Virus record (IMG/VR): IMGVR_UViG_3300021957_003133
Span: 51,467-115,466 of that record
From: a virus
Strand: one strand, 5' to 3'
DNA: 64,000 nt
Made by a program: the position numbers and the translations under genes. Positions 29,569 through 39,866 of this stretch are shown here, piece after piece (the first letter of the stretch is position 1; every line of letters starts with the position of its first letter). Below the pieces are notes generated by a model. That model did no database searches. It was not told the DNA's origin and worked only from the letters and a program-made list of their open reading frames with translations.

Positions 29569-30566
29569 ACCATTTCTAAATCTGGATAACTAGCACTCAT
29601 CCAGTGAGCCATAGCGGCCGCATTATCTCCCAATTTAACTAAATTATATTTTCCACAGAATTTAAGAAACTGTGCTCCAATCATTTGTTTTTGCTTGACA
29701 TTCATCCCTACAGCTATAGTTTCGGCTATCTGTACTTTAACATCTTCAGGCTGTGCTGTAAGATCTACTAGAGTGCAATTACGGTTGTAGTCATCTAGCA
29801 CACGGTGTTCAACTTCGTTATGATCTACCCATCGCTGTAACATTAAGTTGTTCCAATTAAACCCTTTTTTCTTCTTATCTGCAAATGCTTCTAATAGTCC
29901 AACTTTATTTTTACTTCCTTTCTCTCTAACACCTGGATAAGCTGAAAACACATTATCACTTGAGTCTCCTCTCATACATTTTTTAAACAAGAGATACTCT
30001 GGATCTGGTACTACCTTGGGCTCTTTAGTTTTCTTATCTATCACACGCTCACCTTTTTTATTAAAAATACCTTCAATGGTGTGTAGTTCATCTGATATAC
30101 CGTTGTACTGTTTAACATTGCCTGCCAGTAACTGATAAAAGTCAGAGTCTGAACTTACAATAACGTGTTCATCCTTAGGATGACTCTGTATCCATCCTGC
30201 TATCAAATCATCAGCTTCTAGATTAGGATGTTGTAAAGTAGTACAATTAGTTTTTTCTCTAATAAACTCGTTTATATTATCAAAGGCTTCCCAAAACAGT
30301 TTATCTTCTTCAGCTTCTGTTTCTGTTAGTGCTTGTCTAGCCACTGATCTATTCTTTTTGTAAGGCTCATAAAAGTCTTTACGCCATGAGCGGCCTTCTA
30401 AACAAAATATAACATGATTGGCCTGTTGATCTCTCCAAGCTTTGTTTATGCTAGCTAGTGTAACATGCATCGCAAAGGCTACTTTTTCTTCTGGACTAGC
30501 GGCTCTATAGGCAGAGTGTCTAGCTCTAAAGAATGTGTTTGCAGTGTCTATTAATAAATATTTCAA
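29565..30566 (-). CDS. rnh: T4 RNase H-like 5'-3' exonuclease
   Basis: LIDTAN, WRKDFYEPYKKNR, EADDLIA, SSDSDFYQL, GDSSDNV. Confidence 0.88.
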   Translation of the reverse strand: MKYLLIDTANTFFRARHSAYRAASPEEKVAFAMHVTLASINKAWRDQQANHVIFCLEGRSWRKDFYEPYKKNRSVARQALTETEAEEDKLFWEAFDNINEFIREKTNCTTLQHPNLEADDLIAGWIQSHPKDEHVIVSSDSDFYQLLAGNVKQYNGISDELHTIEGIFNKKGERVIDKKTKEPKVVPDPEYLLFKKCMRGDSSDNVFSAYPGVREKGSKNKVGLLEAFADKKKKGFNWNNLMLQRWVDHNEVEHRVLDDYNRNCTLVDLTAQPEDVKVQIAETIAVGMNVKQKQMIGAQFLKFCGKYNLVKLGDNAAAMAHWMSASYPDLEMV

Positions 30567-30931
30567 CTAATCTCCGATCTACCATTGCCAAGATCACGTT
30601 TGTTTGTCTGTGCTTGACGTATTTCTGGATCTGCTTGCTCTTGTTCAAAATTCTCCATTACTACATTACGACATACTGATTGGAACCAGTTGTCGACAAT
30701 GTCGTTGTCAGTTTTACCTTGATACCCAGCTTTCATTAATCTAGCTACAAAGATATCGTTCCAGTCTAGTTCAAATGCTCCGTCACTAGGATTATCTGGG
30801 TCAATTTCCATACTAAGAACAGTAATATAAGGCTCTTTATTTTTGTCTGCTAGTTCCTTATCTGACAGTTTCTTTTTATTTTTCTTAGGCTCTTCTTTCT
30901 TACCTATTAGTTTCTTAAGTTTATCTAACAT
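30563..30931 (-). CDS. Hypothetical protein
   Basis: FELDWN..F...L..AGY.G..D..IVD.WF motif. Confidence 0.6.
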   Translation of the reverse strand: MLDKLKKLIGKKEEPKKNKKKLSDKELADKNKEPYITVLSMEIDPDNPSDGAFELDWNDIFVARLMKAGYQGKTDNDIVDNWFQSVCRNVVMENFEQEQADPEIRQAQTNKRDLGNGRSEIS

Positions 30932-30932
30932 A

Positions 30933-32015
30933 TTATTCCCATCCTATTTTCTCCCAGGGTACGTTTTTATTACCAAAGTGTCCGTAAACACAGTTCTCAC
31001 TATAGTTATTATACTTGAATAAATCAAATCTGTCAATGATTCCTAACGGTGTTAAATCAACATTGGATCTAATAAACTTTTCTATAGAACGATTATGCCC
31101 ATTTGATTCTATGTATATTGATGTAGGTTCTTTAACACCAATAGCATAACTTAACTGTATTTGACACCAGTCAGCCATTTCACTAGCTACTACATTTTTT
31201 GCTAGCCAACGAGACATATAAGCCGCCGAACGATCTACTTTAGTTGGATCCTTACCGCTAAATGCGCCTCCACCGTGTGGTGCCCAACCTCCATAAGTAT
31301 CTACGATAATTTTTCTACCTGTTAATCCCGAATCTCCATCTGGACCACCTACTACAAAGTTACCAGTAGGATTGAGATGCCATACAGTATCATCATCTAC
31401 CAGATGCCCTAACACTGATTGTGCAATCAGTTTTGTTTCTTTTCTAGCCTCTTCACAATCGCCTTCAGTGTGTTGAGTGCTTATTACCACTTGGTCGATA
31501 CGCTGTATTTGATCACCTCTATATTCAACACTGACTTGACTTTTAGCATCTGGCAAGAATATATCATTGTTTTGTCTTGCTTGCTTTAGTCGTTTAAGTA
31601 TCTCATGGCTGTAATAGATAGGTGCAGGCAAGTATGCTTCATTATCTCTATTAGCATATCCAAACATAATACCTTGATCACCTGCCCCAAAATCGTCTGT
31701 ACCTAAGGCAATGTCAGCTGATTGGCTATGTATATGATTGTCTATTTCTAATGTATTCCAATGGAATCCTTCTTGTTCATAACCAATCTTTTTTACTGTA
31801 TCTCTAACTATTTGATTAACATCAACAACATTAAAGTTTTTAACTTCACCAGCTAGTGTTACGTGATTTGTTGCTACTAATGTTTCAATCGCTACTCTTG
31901 TTGTGCGATCACCTTCTGTTAACCCAGCATCTACTAAGGCATCGGATATCTGATCTGCTACTTTATCTGGATGTCCGTCTGATACTGATTCACTTGTAAA
32001 TATATATTTGTCCAA
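30933..32015 (-). CDS. metK: S-adenosylmethionine synthetase
   Basis: FTSESVSDGHPDK, GAGDQG, GLTGRKIIVDTYGG, GGGAFSGKDPTKVDRS. Confidence 0.97.
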   Translation of the reverse strand: MDKYIFTSESVSDGHPDKVADQISDALVDAGLTEGDRTTRVAIETLVATNHVTLAGEVKNFNVVDVNQIVRDTVKKIGYEQEGFHWNTLEIDNHIHSQSADIALGTDDFGAGDQGIMFGYANRDNEAYLPAPIYYSHEILKRLKQARQNNDIFLPDAKSQVSVEYRGDQIQRIDQVVISTQHTEGDCEEARKETKLIAQSVLGHLVDDDTVWHLNPTGNFVVGGPDGDSGLTGRKIIVDTYGGWAPHGGGAFSGKDPTKVDRSAAYMSRWLAKNVVASEMADWCQIQLSYAIGVKEPTSIYIESNGHNRSIEKFIRSNVDLTPLGIIDRFDLFKYNNYSENCVYGHFGNKNVPWEKIGWE

Positions 32016-32879
32016 TTATTTTCCCCAACTGTTTCCCCAAAGATCAACGTGTAATCTTGGGCTATAATTGTAGCCACGTTTCATACACTCGTCTGCTACA
32101 TTAAATTTATTATTTTCATATACTGATACAACACCACCTACAGGCATAATATATACTACACCTTTAAGTCCGGCTTCTCTATATGCTTTGACAGCACGAT
32201 CAACTTCGTCAAAGTCCTTAGGATTTTCAACTACAAACTTGAGATAGGTTGTGCCATACTGCTCATAGTCAGCAACAATCTCAGGCTTAACAGCATCTTC
32301 CCACTTCTCGCCACTAGCACTTAACTTAGCACTAACTGAAAATGTTATATCGCTGTGATAACTATCACCTCGTGCCTTACTCCAAGATTTCATATACTCA
32401 CCAAACTCTGGATGTATCTTTTGTGTGCCGTTAGTTTCAAATGTTATATTAATCAAATCTTTCATCTTGTCATTTTCTAATAACTCAGGAAAAGCACGTT
32501 GCCAGCCTAGTAAAGGTTCGCCGCCTGTAATTACTAAGTGTACATCATTACCGTTAGATTGTACCCATTTATTGTTTGGTGTTAGTTGTGTTAATCTATC
32601 TGCTACTGCTTCTGTCTGTAACATAGGTGACAAATGTTTGAATCTTGGATCCCATGATGCATAACTATCGCACCCTGTATCTACTAAAGGTAATCCTTCG
32701 TATTGATTAAATAGTTCTACTTTAACTTCGTCACGCTCTGTTGACAGTTCGCCTCTATTCATACCAAAGCCGCCACATGTGAAGTTACAACCAAATGTAC
32801 GCAAGAATATACTAGGAACGCCTACAAAACGTCCTTCGCCTTGTGCTGAATAAAATATTTCACTAATTTTAAGTTTCAT
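32016..32879 (-). CDS. queE: 7-carboxy-7-deazaguanine synthase (radical SAM)
   Basis: EIFYSAQGEG, FLRTFGCNFTC..CDS, ITGGEP, ETNGT, SPRLH. Confidence 0.9.
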   Translation of the reverse strand: MKLKISEIFYSAQGEGRFVGVPSIFLRTFGCNFTCGGFGMNRGELSTERDEVKVELFNQYEGLPLVDTGCDSYASWDPRFKHLSPMLQTEAVADRLTQLTPNNKWVQSNGNDVHLVITGGEPLLGWQRAFPELLENDKMKDLINITFETNGTQKIHPEFGEYMKSWSKARGDSYHSDITFSVSAKLSASGEKWEDAVKPEIVADYEQYGTTYLKFVVENPKDFDEVDRAVKAYREAGLKGVVYIMPVGGVVSVYENNKFNVADECMKRGYNYSPRLHVDLWGNSWGK

Positions 32880-32901
32880 TTACGCCTTTCGTTAATAGTT
32901 T

Positions 32902-32930
32902 ATTATACACTTATTTAGGTCGTATGTCAA
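32902..32930 (-). promoter_or_regulatory. Composite sigma70 + late-type promoter of queE
   Basis: TTGACA-N17-TATAAT with CCTAAATAA inside the spacer. Confidence 0.65.
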
Positions 32931-33388
32931 TGTTCCCATGGAAAAACTATCCATTCATCTTTTTCTGATTTGTCTATTTCAGTAGCACAATAGTCTACTT
33001 CCTGACAGAAACCACTGGACAAGTTGTCAAATAATACAGCAAACTTAACATTATGTTGCGGAGTTTGATTTAACTTCCAATCATTGACGATCCAGTTAAG
33101 TGTTGCTCCAGTATCATTAATGTCATCTAACACTAATATTTTTTTGCCTTCACGTGCATCATCTTGCATCCATAGATTATCATCTGTGTCTATGTGATCT
33201 CTAAGACTAACCTTTAGTGCGTGCATCGGTATATCCAATCTATGACTCATATATACTGCTGGCATTAATCCTCCGCGAGTCAACCCAACTATATAATCGG
33301 GTCTAAAGTTATCTTTATACATTTCAAAGCTCACTCGATTGACATAGTCATCAATAGTGGGCCATCCTACGTAACGTTTATTATCCAC
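32927..33388 (-). CDS. Purine phosphoribosyltransferase (xanthine-guanine PRT-like)
   Basis: VGLTRGG, PRPP loop VLDDINDTGATL, WIVFPWE. Confidence 0.88.
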   Translation of the reverse strand: MDNKRYVGWPTIDDYVNRVSFEMYKDNFRPDYIVGLTRGGLMPAVYMSHRLDIPMHALKVSLRDHIDTDDNLWMQDDAREGKKILVLDDINDTGATLNWIVNDWKLNQTPQHNVKFAVLFDNLSSGFCQEVDYCATEIDKSEKDEWIVFPWEH

Positions 33389-33707
33389 GGTATGCCCTTA
33401 TGTTTGATATTTTACCATCAACAAATGTAATTACATCAACCACTAACAGTGTATCTGTGTCGTCTATTAAAACACTGAGTTCAGCAGTTATAGTATCCAT
33501 TTCTTGGTATATTGCCAATGGAGTTACTTCGATAGTTTCTACTGCATCAAATATTGTTTGATTGGCCGCTAGTACATCTGTACGACCTTCTGCACTTGTT
33601 TCCCAATCACGTAAGACAACATCGTCTGTAAACATTGCATCAAGCCCATTGATATCTTTACTACTGAATGTAGTAAAATACTGTGTTGCTAACTCTTTTA
33701 ATTCCAT
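33381..33707 (-). CDS. SnoaL/NTF2-like protein
   Basis: YFTTFSSKD..MFTDDVVLRDW..VVDVITF.DGKISNIRAY. Confidence 0.8.
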   Translation of the reverse strand: MELKELATQYFTTFSSKDINGLDAMFTDDVVLRDWETSAEGRTDVLAANQTIFDAVETIEVTPLAIYQEMDTITAELSVLIDDTDTLLVVDVITFVDGKISNIRAYRG

Positions 33708-33708
33708 A

Positions 33709-36700
33709 TTAAAAACTCCATTGTAAAGAAACTCCGACGATGTTATTAGTTTCGCCTTCTTGATTTAAGTAATTCAATTGATGTTCCCCATAAGTTACTA
33801 GTTCTAAATCACTATCATCACTTTTAAATTTATAATACATACCTACATTATATGCATTTACATCTGGTGACATATCAACTGAACTTCTATCATATGCTAT
33901 GCTACCATCTCTATAGTACCCAACTGGTACACTAACATCAACAGTACCTTCGTGTATAGTAACGGGCTGACTAAATGTAGTACCAATACTGTGTTCATCC
34001 ACAGTGTAGTCTAATCCTACATTCCAGCTGTATGATTGTGTGTCACTGACGTCAGTTACTAGTCCTGTTTTATTCATACCACTTTGTGTGTATCCATACC
34101 ACACACCCCCAAACATGCTTAGTCTCTTATTTAACTTCTGGGTACCAGTTATGTTAGTGTATGTGGTATAACTGTCTTCCATTTCACCTAAGGCACCATT
34201 AATTTCGTTACCCATCCAAGCTTGATCTTCGTTTAGCATACCAAAACCAACTCTTACTGATAAATCATTGGTATACTTTGTGGTGTGCCCAAATTCAAAG
34301 TTACCGACACCAGTGTCTTGATTCATTTTCATAGTCATATCAATAAATGATGTACCATCTTGATCTGTTGCTAAACTAACCTTGCTACTTGAAGTATAAT
34401 AATTTAGATTATCATATGGATTATGGTCTGTAAAGAACTGGCCTTTGCTTATTGGATTAAATGGTGTAGCTTTCTTTTTCTTAGTGTTACTTCCGTAACT
34501 CATGTCAACATAATAATCACGACCAAACTCATCAGTAACCATAACACTGCTTAACGCACCTACATCTGATAATCCGTCTGAACCACTTGCTAAAAATGAT
34601 CCACTTATAGGAATAGTTTTTCCATATCTACCATCTACAGGAATACCAACAACACCATATGGTCTGGTAGCCGCTTCTAAATCTAGCAGTCCAGCACCCA
34701 TTATGTCCTTATCATACCCTGGTAAATCTTTATTAGCAGTAGCAGTTAATAATTTAACGATATTACTACCGGTCATTAACGGCCATTGTTGATGTATAAT
34801 AGCAACAGCACCCGAAACAACTGCGGCCGCTTCTGATGTTCCTGTACCTATTACATACCCATCTCCACTGGTATGTCCTGGACTGTACATGTTGCCTGGT
34901 GCTAGTATATAAAAATCACTCATTCTATATGTGTCATTACAATTACCATCACTGGTAACATTGAACCCTTGGCATATATGTCCGGCCTTGTTACTGTAAC
35001 TAGCAACAGTACCTGCGTCAATATCATATGCACCAACTACTAGCATTTGTCCGTTCATATACAGTGAACCGTCTTCTCGGGTAGCATAGGCCATTGGAGC
35101 TGGATTTTCAGGAAATGCTAGCCCCGAGTTACCAGCCGAGACAACAACAACCATTTCACTATTGCCTAAAGCTGAAGACCATCTTTTAGGATCCTCGTTA
35201 TTATAAAATCCTGTGCTTCTTCTTCCGGTATGGTAATATTCTATGTATTTAGGATCACTGTTGCTCCAACTTCCATCTTTTAGTTGTACCCACTTACTTT
35301 GATAGTTATTAGAGTATCCTGCGTTGGCACTTATATTTGCTACAGTAGCATCTATACTAGCACCCCAAGCAATAGCATCTCTGGCTTGACTGAATCCGAT
35401 CCTACTACTATTAGTTACTTTGGCTATAGCTAGATCAGCGTCAGGGGCAACACCAACCATGCCAACACCATCTCTACTTGCTCCTGCGATACCAGCCATT
35501 TTAGTACCATGGCCGACATTGTCGATGATGTCCGTTTCCCCTCTAAGGAAGTTCTTTTTATCTGTTATCCTTCCTTTGAATTCATTATGTTCTTCATTGA
35601 TACCACTGTCAATGATAAGAATTTTACTGCCCTTACCTGTATACCCTCTATCCCAAGCGGATTGAGCTTTAATTGCACTTAAAAAGTTGTCATTTGTTTT
35701 ACCAGGAGCAAGATCATCAGCAATATATTCTCGTTCAAAATCTGTCCTAGTATCTACAACCTCTTCTTCAACAGGCTCTTCTACTGTAGTTTCTTCTTCA
35801 ACAAGCTCTTCTGTATCACCGTATACTGAAGCTAATAATCGAGCCTCCTCAGCTAACCTTGCATCTTCTTCTGCTTTTAATTCGGCTTCTCTGGCCGCTT
35901 TAGCATCTGCAACTTCTTTGGCCGCAATTTCTTCTGCTGTACGTACAGATTCTAATTCATCAGCAATACGTTTAGCCTCGGCTTCATCAGCAATACGTTT
36001 AGCTTCTAATTCATCAGCTATTCTTTTAGCTTCAGCGGCATCGGCTATTCTTTTTGCTTCTAGTTCGTCAGCAATACGTTTAGCTTCTAATCTATCGGAT
36101 TCTTCTTTAGCGATTCGAATTGCTTCGGCTTCGTCAGCTAGTCTTTTAGCTTCGGCTTCGTCAGCTAGTCTTTTAGCTTCTAATTCATCAGCTAGTCTTT
36201 TAGCTTCAACGGCATCAGCTAACCTTTTTGCTTCTAATTCATCAGCTATTCTTTTTGCTTCTTCTGCTAATCTAGCAACTTCTGCCAACCTTGCTATTTC
36301 TGCAAGTGCTAGTTCATCAGCTATTCTTTTAGCTTCAGCTTCTTCTGCTAATCTTTTAGCTTCGGCTTCTAACCTGGCAACTTCAGCTAATCTAGCCTCT
36401 TCAGCTATTCTTGCAAGCTCAGCTAATCTAGCCACTTCTGCTAAACGTGCTTCTTCAGCTACCCTTGCGATTTCAGCTAATCTAGCAACTTCAGCTAATC
36501 TAGCAATTTCATCTAAACGAGCAACCTCGGCCAATCTAGCAACCTCTGCTAACCGTGCTTCTTCAGCTAATCTGGCTTCTTCAGCTACCCTTGCAACTTC
36601 TGCTAACCGTGCTTCTTCAGCTACCCTTGCGATTTCAGCTAATCTAGCAACTTCTGCTAAACGTGTTTCCTCAGCTTTCAATCGGGCAATTTCAGCTAAT

Positions 36701-37056
36701 CTGGCTTCTTCTGCTAATCTAGCAACTTCGGCTTTTTCTAGTTCTTGTGCTATTTTTTCTGCTTTGGCTATGTCAGCTAGACGTTTGGCTTCAATGGCTT
36801 CTGAAGAGCGTAATATGCCTGGACTACTATAAGGATTGGGTATACCGTAGACTCTTTCAAGTTCTGCAGATTGATCATATTTAATTTGATCATCTTGTGC
36901 TTTTATTCTGGCTCGATACGCCTCTTTAGCGTCAATGACTTCCTGTTTGGCTTTGGCTATACGTTCAGCTTTAGTTAAAGCCTCTGCCTGTGACGGAAAG
37001 CTAGTTACGATACCAGCGGCTACTAAAACTGCTATTATCTGCTTGATTTTCATCAA
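33709..37056 (-). CDS. Secreted S8 (subtilisin) protease with Ala/Glu/Arg-rich helical stalk and autotransporter-like beta-barrel C-terminus
   Basis: Signal peptide; catalytic IIDSG / HGTKMAG / GTSEAA; oxyanion SAGN; C-terminal amphipathic strands ending QWSF. Confidence 0.85.
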   Translation of the reverse strand: MMKIKQIIAVLVAAGIVTSFPSQAEALTKAERIAKAKQEVIDAKEAYRARIKAQDDQIKYDQSAELERVYGIPNPYSSPGILRSSEAIEAKRLADIAKAEKIAQELEKAEVARLAEEARLAEIARLKAEETRLAEVARLAEIARVAEEARLAEVARVAEEARLAEEARLAEVARLAEVARLDEIARLAEVARLAEIARVAEEARLAEVARLAELARIAEEARLAEVARLEAEAKRLAEEAEAKRIADELALAEIARLAEVARLAEEAKRIADELEAKRLADAVEAKRLADELEAKRLADEAEAKRLADEAEAIRIAKEESDRLEAKRIADELEAKRIADAAEAKRIADELEAKRIADEAEAKRIADELESVRTAEEIAAKEVADAKAAREAELKAEEDARLAEEARLLASVYGDTEELVEEETTVEEPVEEEVVDTRTDFEREYIADDLAPGKTNDNFLSAIKAQSAWDRGYTGKGSKILIIDSGINEEHNEFKGRITDKKNFLRGETDIIDNVGHGTKMAGIAGASRDGVGMVGVAPDADLAIAKVTNSSRIGFSQARDAIAWGASIDATVANISANAGYSNNYQSKWVQLKDGSWSNSDPKYIEYYHTGRRSTGFYNNEDPKRWSSALGNSEMVVVVSAGNSGLAFPENPAPMAYATREDGSLYMNGQMLVVGAYDIDAGTVASYSNKAGHICQGFNVTSDGNCNDTYRMSDFYILAPGNMYSPGHTSGDGYVIGTGTSEAAAVVSGAVAIIHQQWPLMTGSNIVKLLTATANKDLPGYDKDIMGAGLLDLEAATRPYGVVGIPVDGRYGKTIPISGSFLASGSDGLSDVGALSSVMVTDEFGRDYYVDMSYGSNTKKKKATPFNPISKGQFFTDHNPYDNLNYYTSSSKVSLATDQDGTSFIDMTMKMNQDTGVGNFEFGHTTKYTNDLSVRVGFGMLNEDQAWMGNEINGALGEMEDSYTTYTNITGTQKLNKRLSMFGGVWYGYTQSGMNKTGLVTDVSDTQSYSWNVGLDYTVDEHSIGTTFSQPVTIHEGTVDVSVPVGYYRDGSIAYDRSSVDMSPDVNAYNVGMYYKFKSDDSDLELVTYGEHQLNYLNQEGETNNIVGVSLQWSF
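35850..36790 (-). repeat. Degenerate coding tandem repeats (AEVARL/AEEARL 6-mers, then EAKRIADEL 9-mers)
   Basis: Repeats visible in protein and DNA (tcagctaatctagcaact, tcagcaatacgtttagc). Boundaries approximate. Confidence 0.85.
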
Positions 37057-37120
37057 ATACCCTTTGATTAATTAAGATACTAGTATATTATAACACCAAA
37101 CTGTTATAAAATCAAGTATT

Positions 37121-37855
37121 TTATCTAGGAGCAAATTCTTGTTGTAGTTTAATATTATCCATAAACTCTTTCTTAGTAGCTGGATCGTCTTTGAATGCAC
37201 CTTTGAGTACAGTAGTCTGTGTTAGACTTGAATGTGCCATAACACCTCTATTTTCAACACAACCGTGTGTTGCTTGTACATAAACACCTAGGTGTTCTGC
37301 ACCTGTTGCTTTCTGTATCTCACGTACAATATCGTTTGCAAGTTCTTCTTGTAGTGTACCTCTGCTAGCACACCATTGTGCTATTCTTGTGTACTTTGAT
37401 AAGCCAATAAGTTTATCACTAGCAATAATACCAATGTACGCAGTACCTTTTACAGTCTGATGATGATGTGAACACATGCTTGTGAGTTCACTTCTGACTA
37501 CCAACATACCCTCATAACGATCATCGCTATCATTAGGAAATGCAGTTGCGTCTGGCATAGGTTCATATCTACCTGACATTATTTCATTGATATACATTTT
37601 AGCTAAACGTTTAGCTGTACCTTTTGAGTTTGGATCGTTGTGTCTATCAATCAATAATGAATCAAGTACACCTTCAAACTTGTTTGCGAGTTCATCTATT
37701 AGTATTTCTTTCTCACCATGATGAATGTGTTTTGAAATATTGTCACCTGCCCAATATCTGTCACCTGCTTTTTTAATTCTTTCTCTAATATCTTTACTGA
37801 CTGGTTGAGTACGTTGCTCAAGCTCTGACCAATCTATTCTGTTTTCTACTGACAT
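37121..37855 (-). CDS. folE: GTP cyclohydrolase I
   Basis: TAKRLAKMY, SMCSHHH, IGLSKYTR, LQEEL, HGCVENRGV. Confidence 0.95.
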   Translation of the reverse strand: MSVENRIDWSELEQRTQPVSKDIRERIKKAGDRYWAGDNISKHIHHGEKEILIDELANKFEGVLDSLLIDRHNDPNSKGTAKRLAKMYINEIMSGRYEPMPDATAFPNDSDDRYEGMLVVRSELTSMCSHHHQTVKGTAYIGIIASDKLIGLSKYTRIAQWCASRGTLQEELANDIVREIQKATGAEHLGVYVQATHGCVENRGVMAHSSLTQTTVLKGAFKDDPATKKEFMDNIKLQQEFAPR

Positions 37856-37863
37856 GTTTCTTT

Positions 37864-37894
37864 CTCCGAGTTATTGACGACGAGGATGTCGTTG
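37864..37894 (-). promoter_or_regulatory. Candidate SD-sequestering pseudoknot in the folE leader
   Basis: ACGAC-AUCCUC-GUCGU-CAAUAACUC-GGAG; promoter TTGACT-N17-TATAAT at 37911-37939. Confidence 0.4.
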
Positions 37895-37961
37895 TTTATT
37901 ATTACATACTATTATATAGGCCTAGTATAGTAAAGTCAAATCTTTTTGGTAGTATTACTTA

Positions 37962-39842
37962 TTAGTTGGTGATTTCGATTGAAAGTTTTTCTAATTTAGA
38001 TCTAGCTGTAGGTATTTCTGTAAATGTGTTTACTAACTCATGTCGTTCGTGTAAGAGGGAAAATGATCCACTACCTTTCCAATATTTCTTAATAAATTCT
38101 TTTTTAGCTAGTTTCTGAGTAATTTGATACTTTACCTCTTTCTGAACAAATGTAACTATATCAAATTGACTAGTAAATTCAATACTACTATTTAAAGAGA
38201 CATCAAATATATAGTTTTTTTGTAACTCTTGCACAGCATCTGCAGTTTGATTATTGCATTTTGTAAGTTTTCTAAAGGCTTCTATAGCCAATTGCATAAT
38301 CTTATTTTTTAGTTTAAAGAAAGGCTGGTAACTAAGGTAATCAAGTCTTCCGGTATCCCTATACTTAGGATCTTTTATCCTACCAGTATTAAATACCTCA
38401 TATAACAACGACTTAATAAGATTCAGTTGTACACTTGCATCAGGATCAGCATACATAAGTCTTTCCATCTCTAAATAGAAATCTAGCATAGATACTTTGA
38501 ACTGTTTATTTGCAATTTGGCTAATAATATAGCTGTATCCGGTACTGTGTATATGATTTATTATTTGACTGAACAAATAACAATCAATTATTTCATCTGA
38601 TGACATCGTTGATGTTCCGGTTACAATTTCACTATTTTCTAATATTTGAAAGTCACTTTCAGAGGACGGAGCAACGGAATTAAGATCCGGAGTCAGCACC
38701 GATGTAATTTTATATTTTTCTCTGTAAACAACATTGGCCATCTCAGTATTTGGTAGTATGCTACACATAAATACATCAAATATTTTATGCTTGCCTTCGT
38801 CTAATCTGCCGGTCATTGCCTCATACCAAGACTCTTTAGTTTCCAATGGTAGGCCAACGATGTATTCCTGCTCATGAGATATATTATTTTCATCAGCAAA
38901 TTTGATTAAATTTGCAATATCTTTTTCTGGAAGATTTTTTCTCTTGATAGCTTTAAGTGTATCCACATTATCTGATTGTAGGCTTATATTAAATCCTGTG
39001 TCTTGATTCAAGAGCAGAACTATGTCGTCCATCTCTTTGTTATATTTTTTAGCATATGACACCCAAATTGATTCTACATACCCATGATCAATTCCTTCTC
39101 TAATAATCTTTGCGGCGGCGAGGTCTCTTTGTTTGAAGATACCAAAATTAGCATCAGCAACATTAACATGTATTAATGTCTTTTTATTTTTGGTCCAATC
39201 AATATCATCCTGTAGTCGGTCTAATCCCATGTTATACACTTTACTAGCTGTTAGACTGCCCCAATCACAGAAAGAACAAGAGTACGGACAACCACGATTG
39301 GTTTCTATCGTCGCGGCCCAATAAAGTTCGGGGTTGTCATCTAGTAGTTGATTAAATACTCCACTGCCATATGGACTAGGTAATATAGTAAGATCATTGA
39401 TTCGTTCTCTTTGGTATATTTTCTGCAGATTTTTATTTATGAAATCTTCAAGTAATTGCTTAAAATTAATTTCACCTTCTGCAATGATTATTGAATCAAT
39501 ATGCGTGTGTTGGTCTATGGTTTGTTTATTGATATGCGGACCACCAAATACTATCTTACAATTAGGGTATCTTAGTTTAATTTTTTTGCTTAGTGCTATA
39601 TTATAATTAAAATTCCAAACGTAACAACTAAAACCGACCATATCAGGGTCGTCTAATCTATCAGTTAGTTCGTCGATTGGCTCTTTGACCGCTAGTATTT
39701 CTTTAAGATTAATGTGATTAGTTATTTCTTTAAATTGAATTACATATGCCCACAAACATCCAATACTATAGGGTAGCCAGGCAAGAAGTCTGCCGTCAAC
39801 ACCTTCAAGATTGCTAGGCTGGATAAGATATATATTCTTCAT
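37962..39842 (-). CDS. Cobalamin-binding radical SAM protein
   Basis: LPYSIG, GFSCYVWN, VFGGP, ETNRGCPYSCSFCDWG, DANFG, GLPLET. Confidence 0.9.
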   Translation of the reverse strand: MKNIYLIQPSNLEGVDGRLLAWLPYSIGCLWAYVIQFKEITNHINLKEILAVKEPIDELTDRLDDPDMVGFSCYVWNFNYNIALSKKIKLRYPNCKIVFGGPHINKQTIDQHTHIDSIIIAEGEINFKQLLEDFINKNLQKIYQRERINDLTILPSPYGSGVFNQLLDDNPELYWAATIETNRGCPYSCSFCDWGSLTASKVYNMGLDRLQDDIDWTKNKKTLIHVNVADANFGIFKQRDLAAAKIIREGIDHGYVESIWVSYAKKYNKEMDDIVLLLNQDTGFNISLQSDNVDTLKAIKRKNLPEKDIANLIKFADENNISHEQEYIVGLPLETKESWYEAMTGRLDEGKHKIFDVFMCSILPNTEMANVVYREKYKITSVLTPDLNSVAPSSESDFQILENSEIVTGTSTMSSDEIIDCYLFSQIINHIHSTGYSYIISQIANKQFKVSMLDFYLEMERLMYADPDASVQLNLIKSLLYEVFNTGRIKDPKYRDTGRLDYLSYQPFFKLKNKIMQLAIEAFRKLTKCNNQTADAVQELQKNYIFDVSLNSSIEFTSQFDIVTFVQKEVKYQITQKLAKKEFIKKYWKGSGSFSLLHERHELVNTFTEIPTARSKLEKLSIEITN

Positions 39843-39866
39843 GATATAGTATTTATTGGTTAGTGA

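Noticed and set aside
35850-36790. Repeats considered as a CRISPR array or DGR
   Set aside because: They are in-frame degenerate 18/27-nt coding repeats without unique spacers; no cas or reverse transcriptase gene is present.
35687-36832. 381-aa Ser/Ala-rich ORF on the + strand
   Set aside because: Antisense shadow of the repeat region of the S8 protease; low complexity and no RBS.
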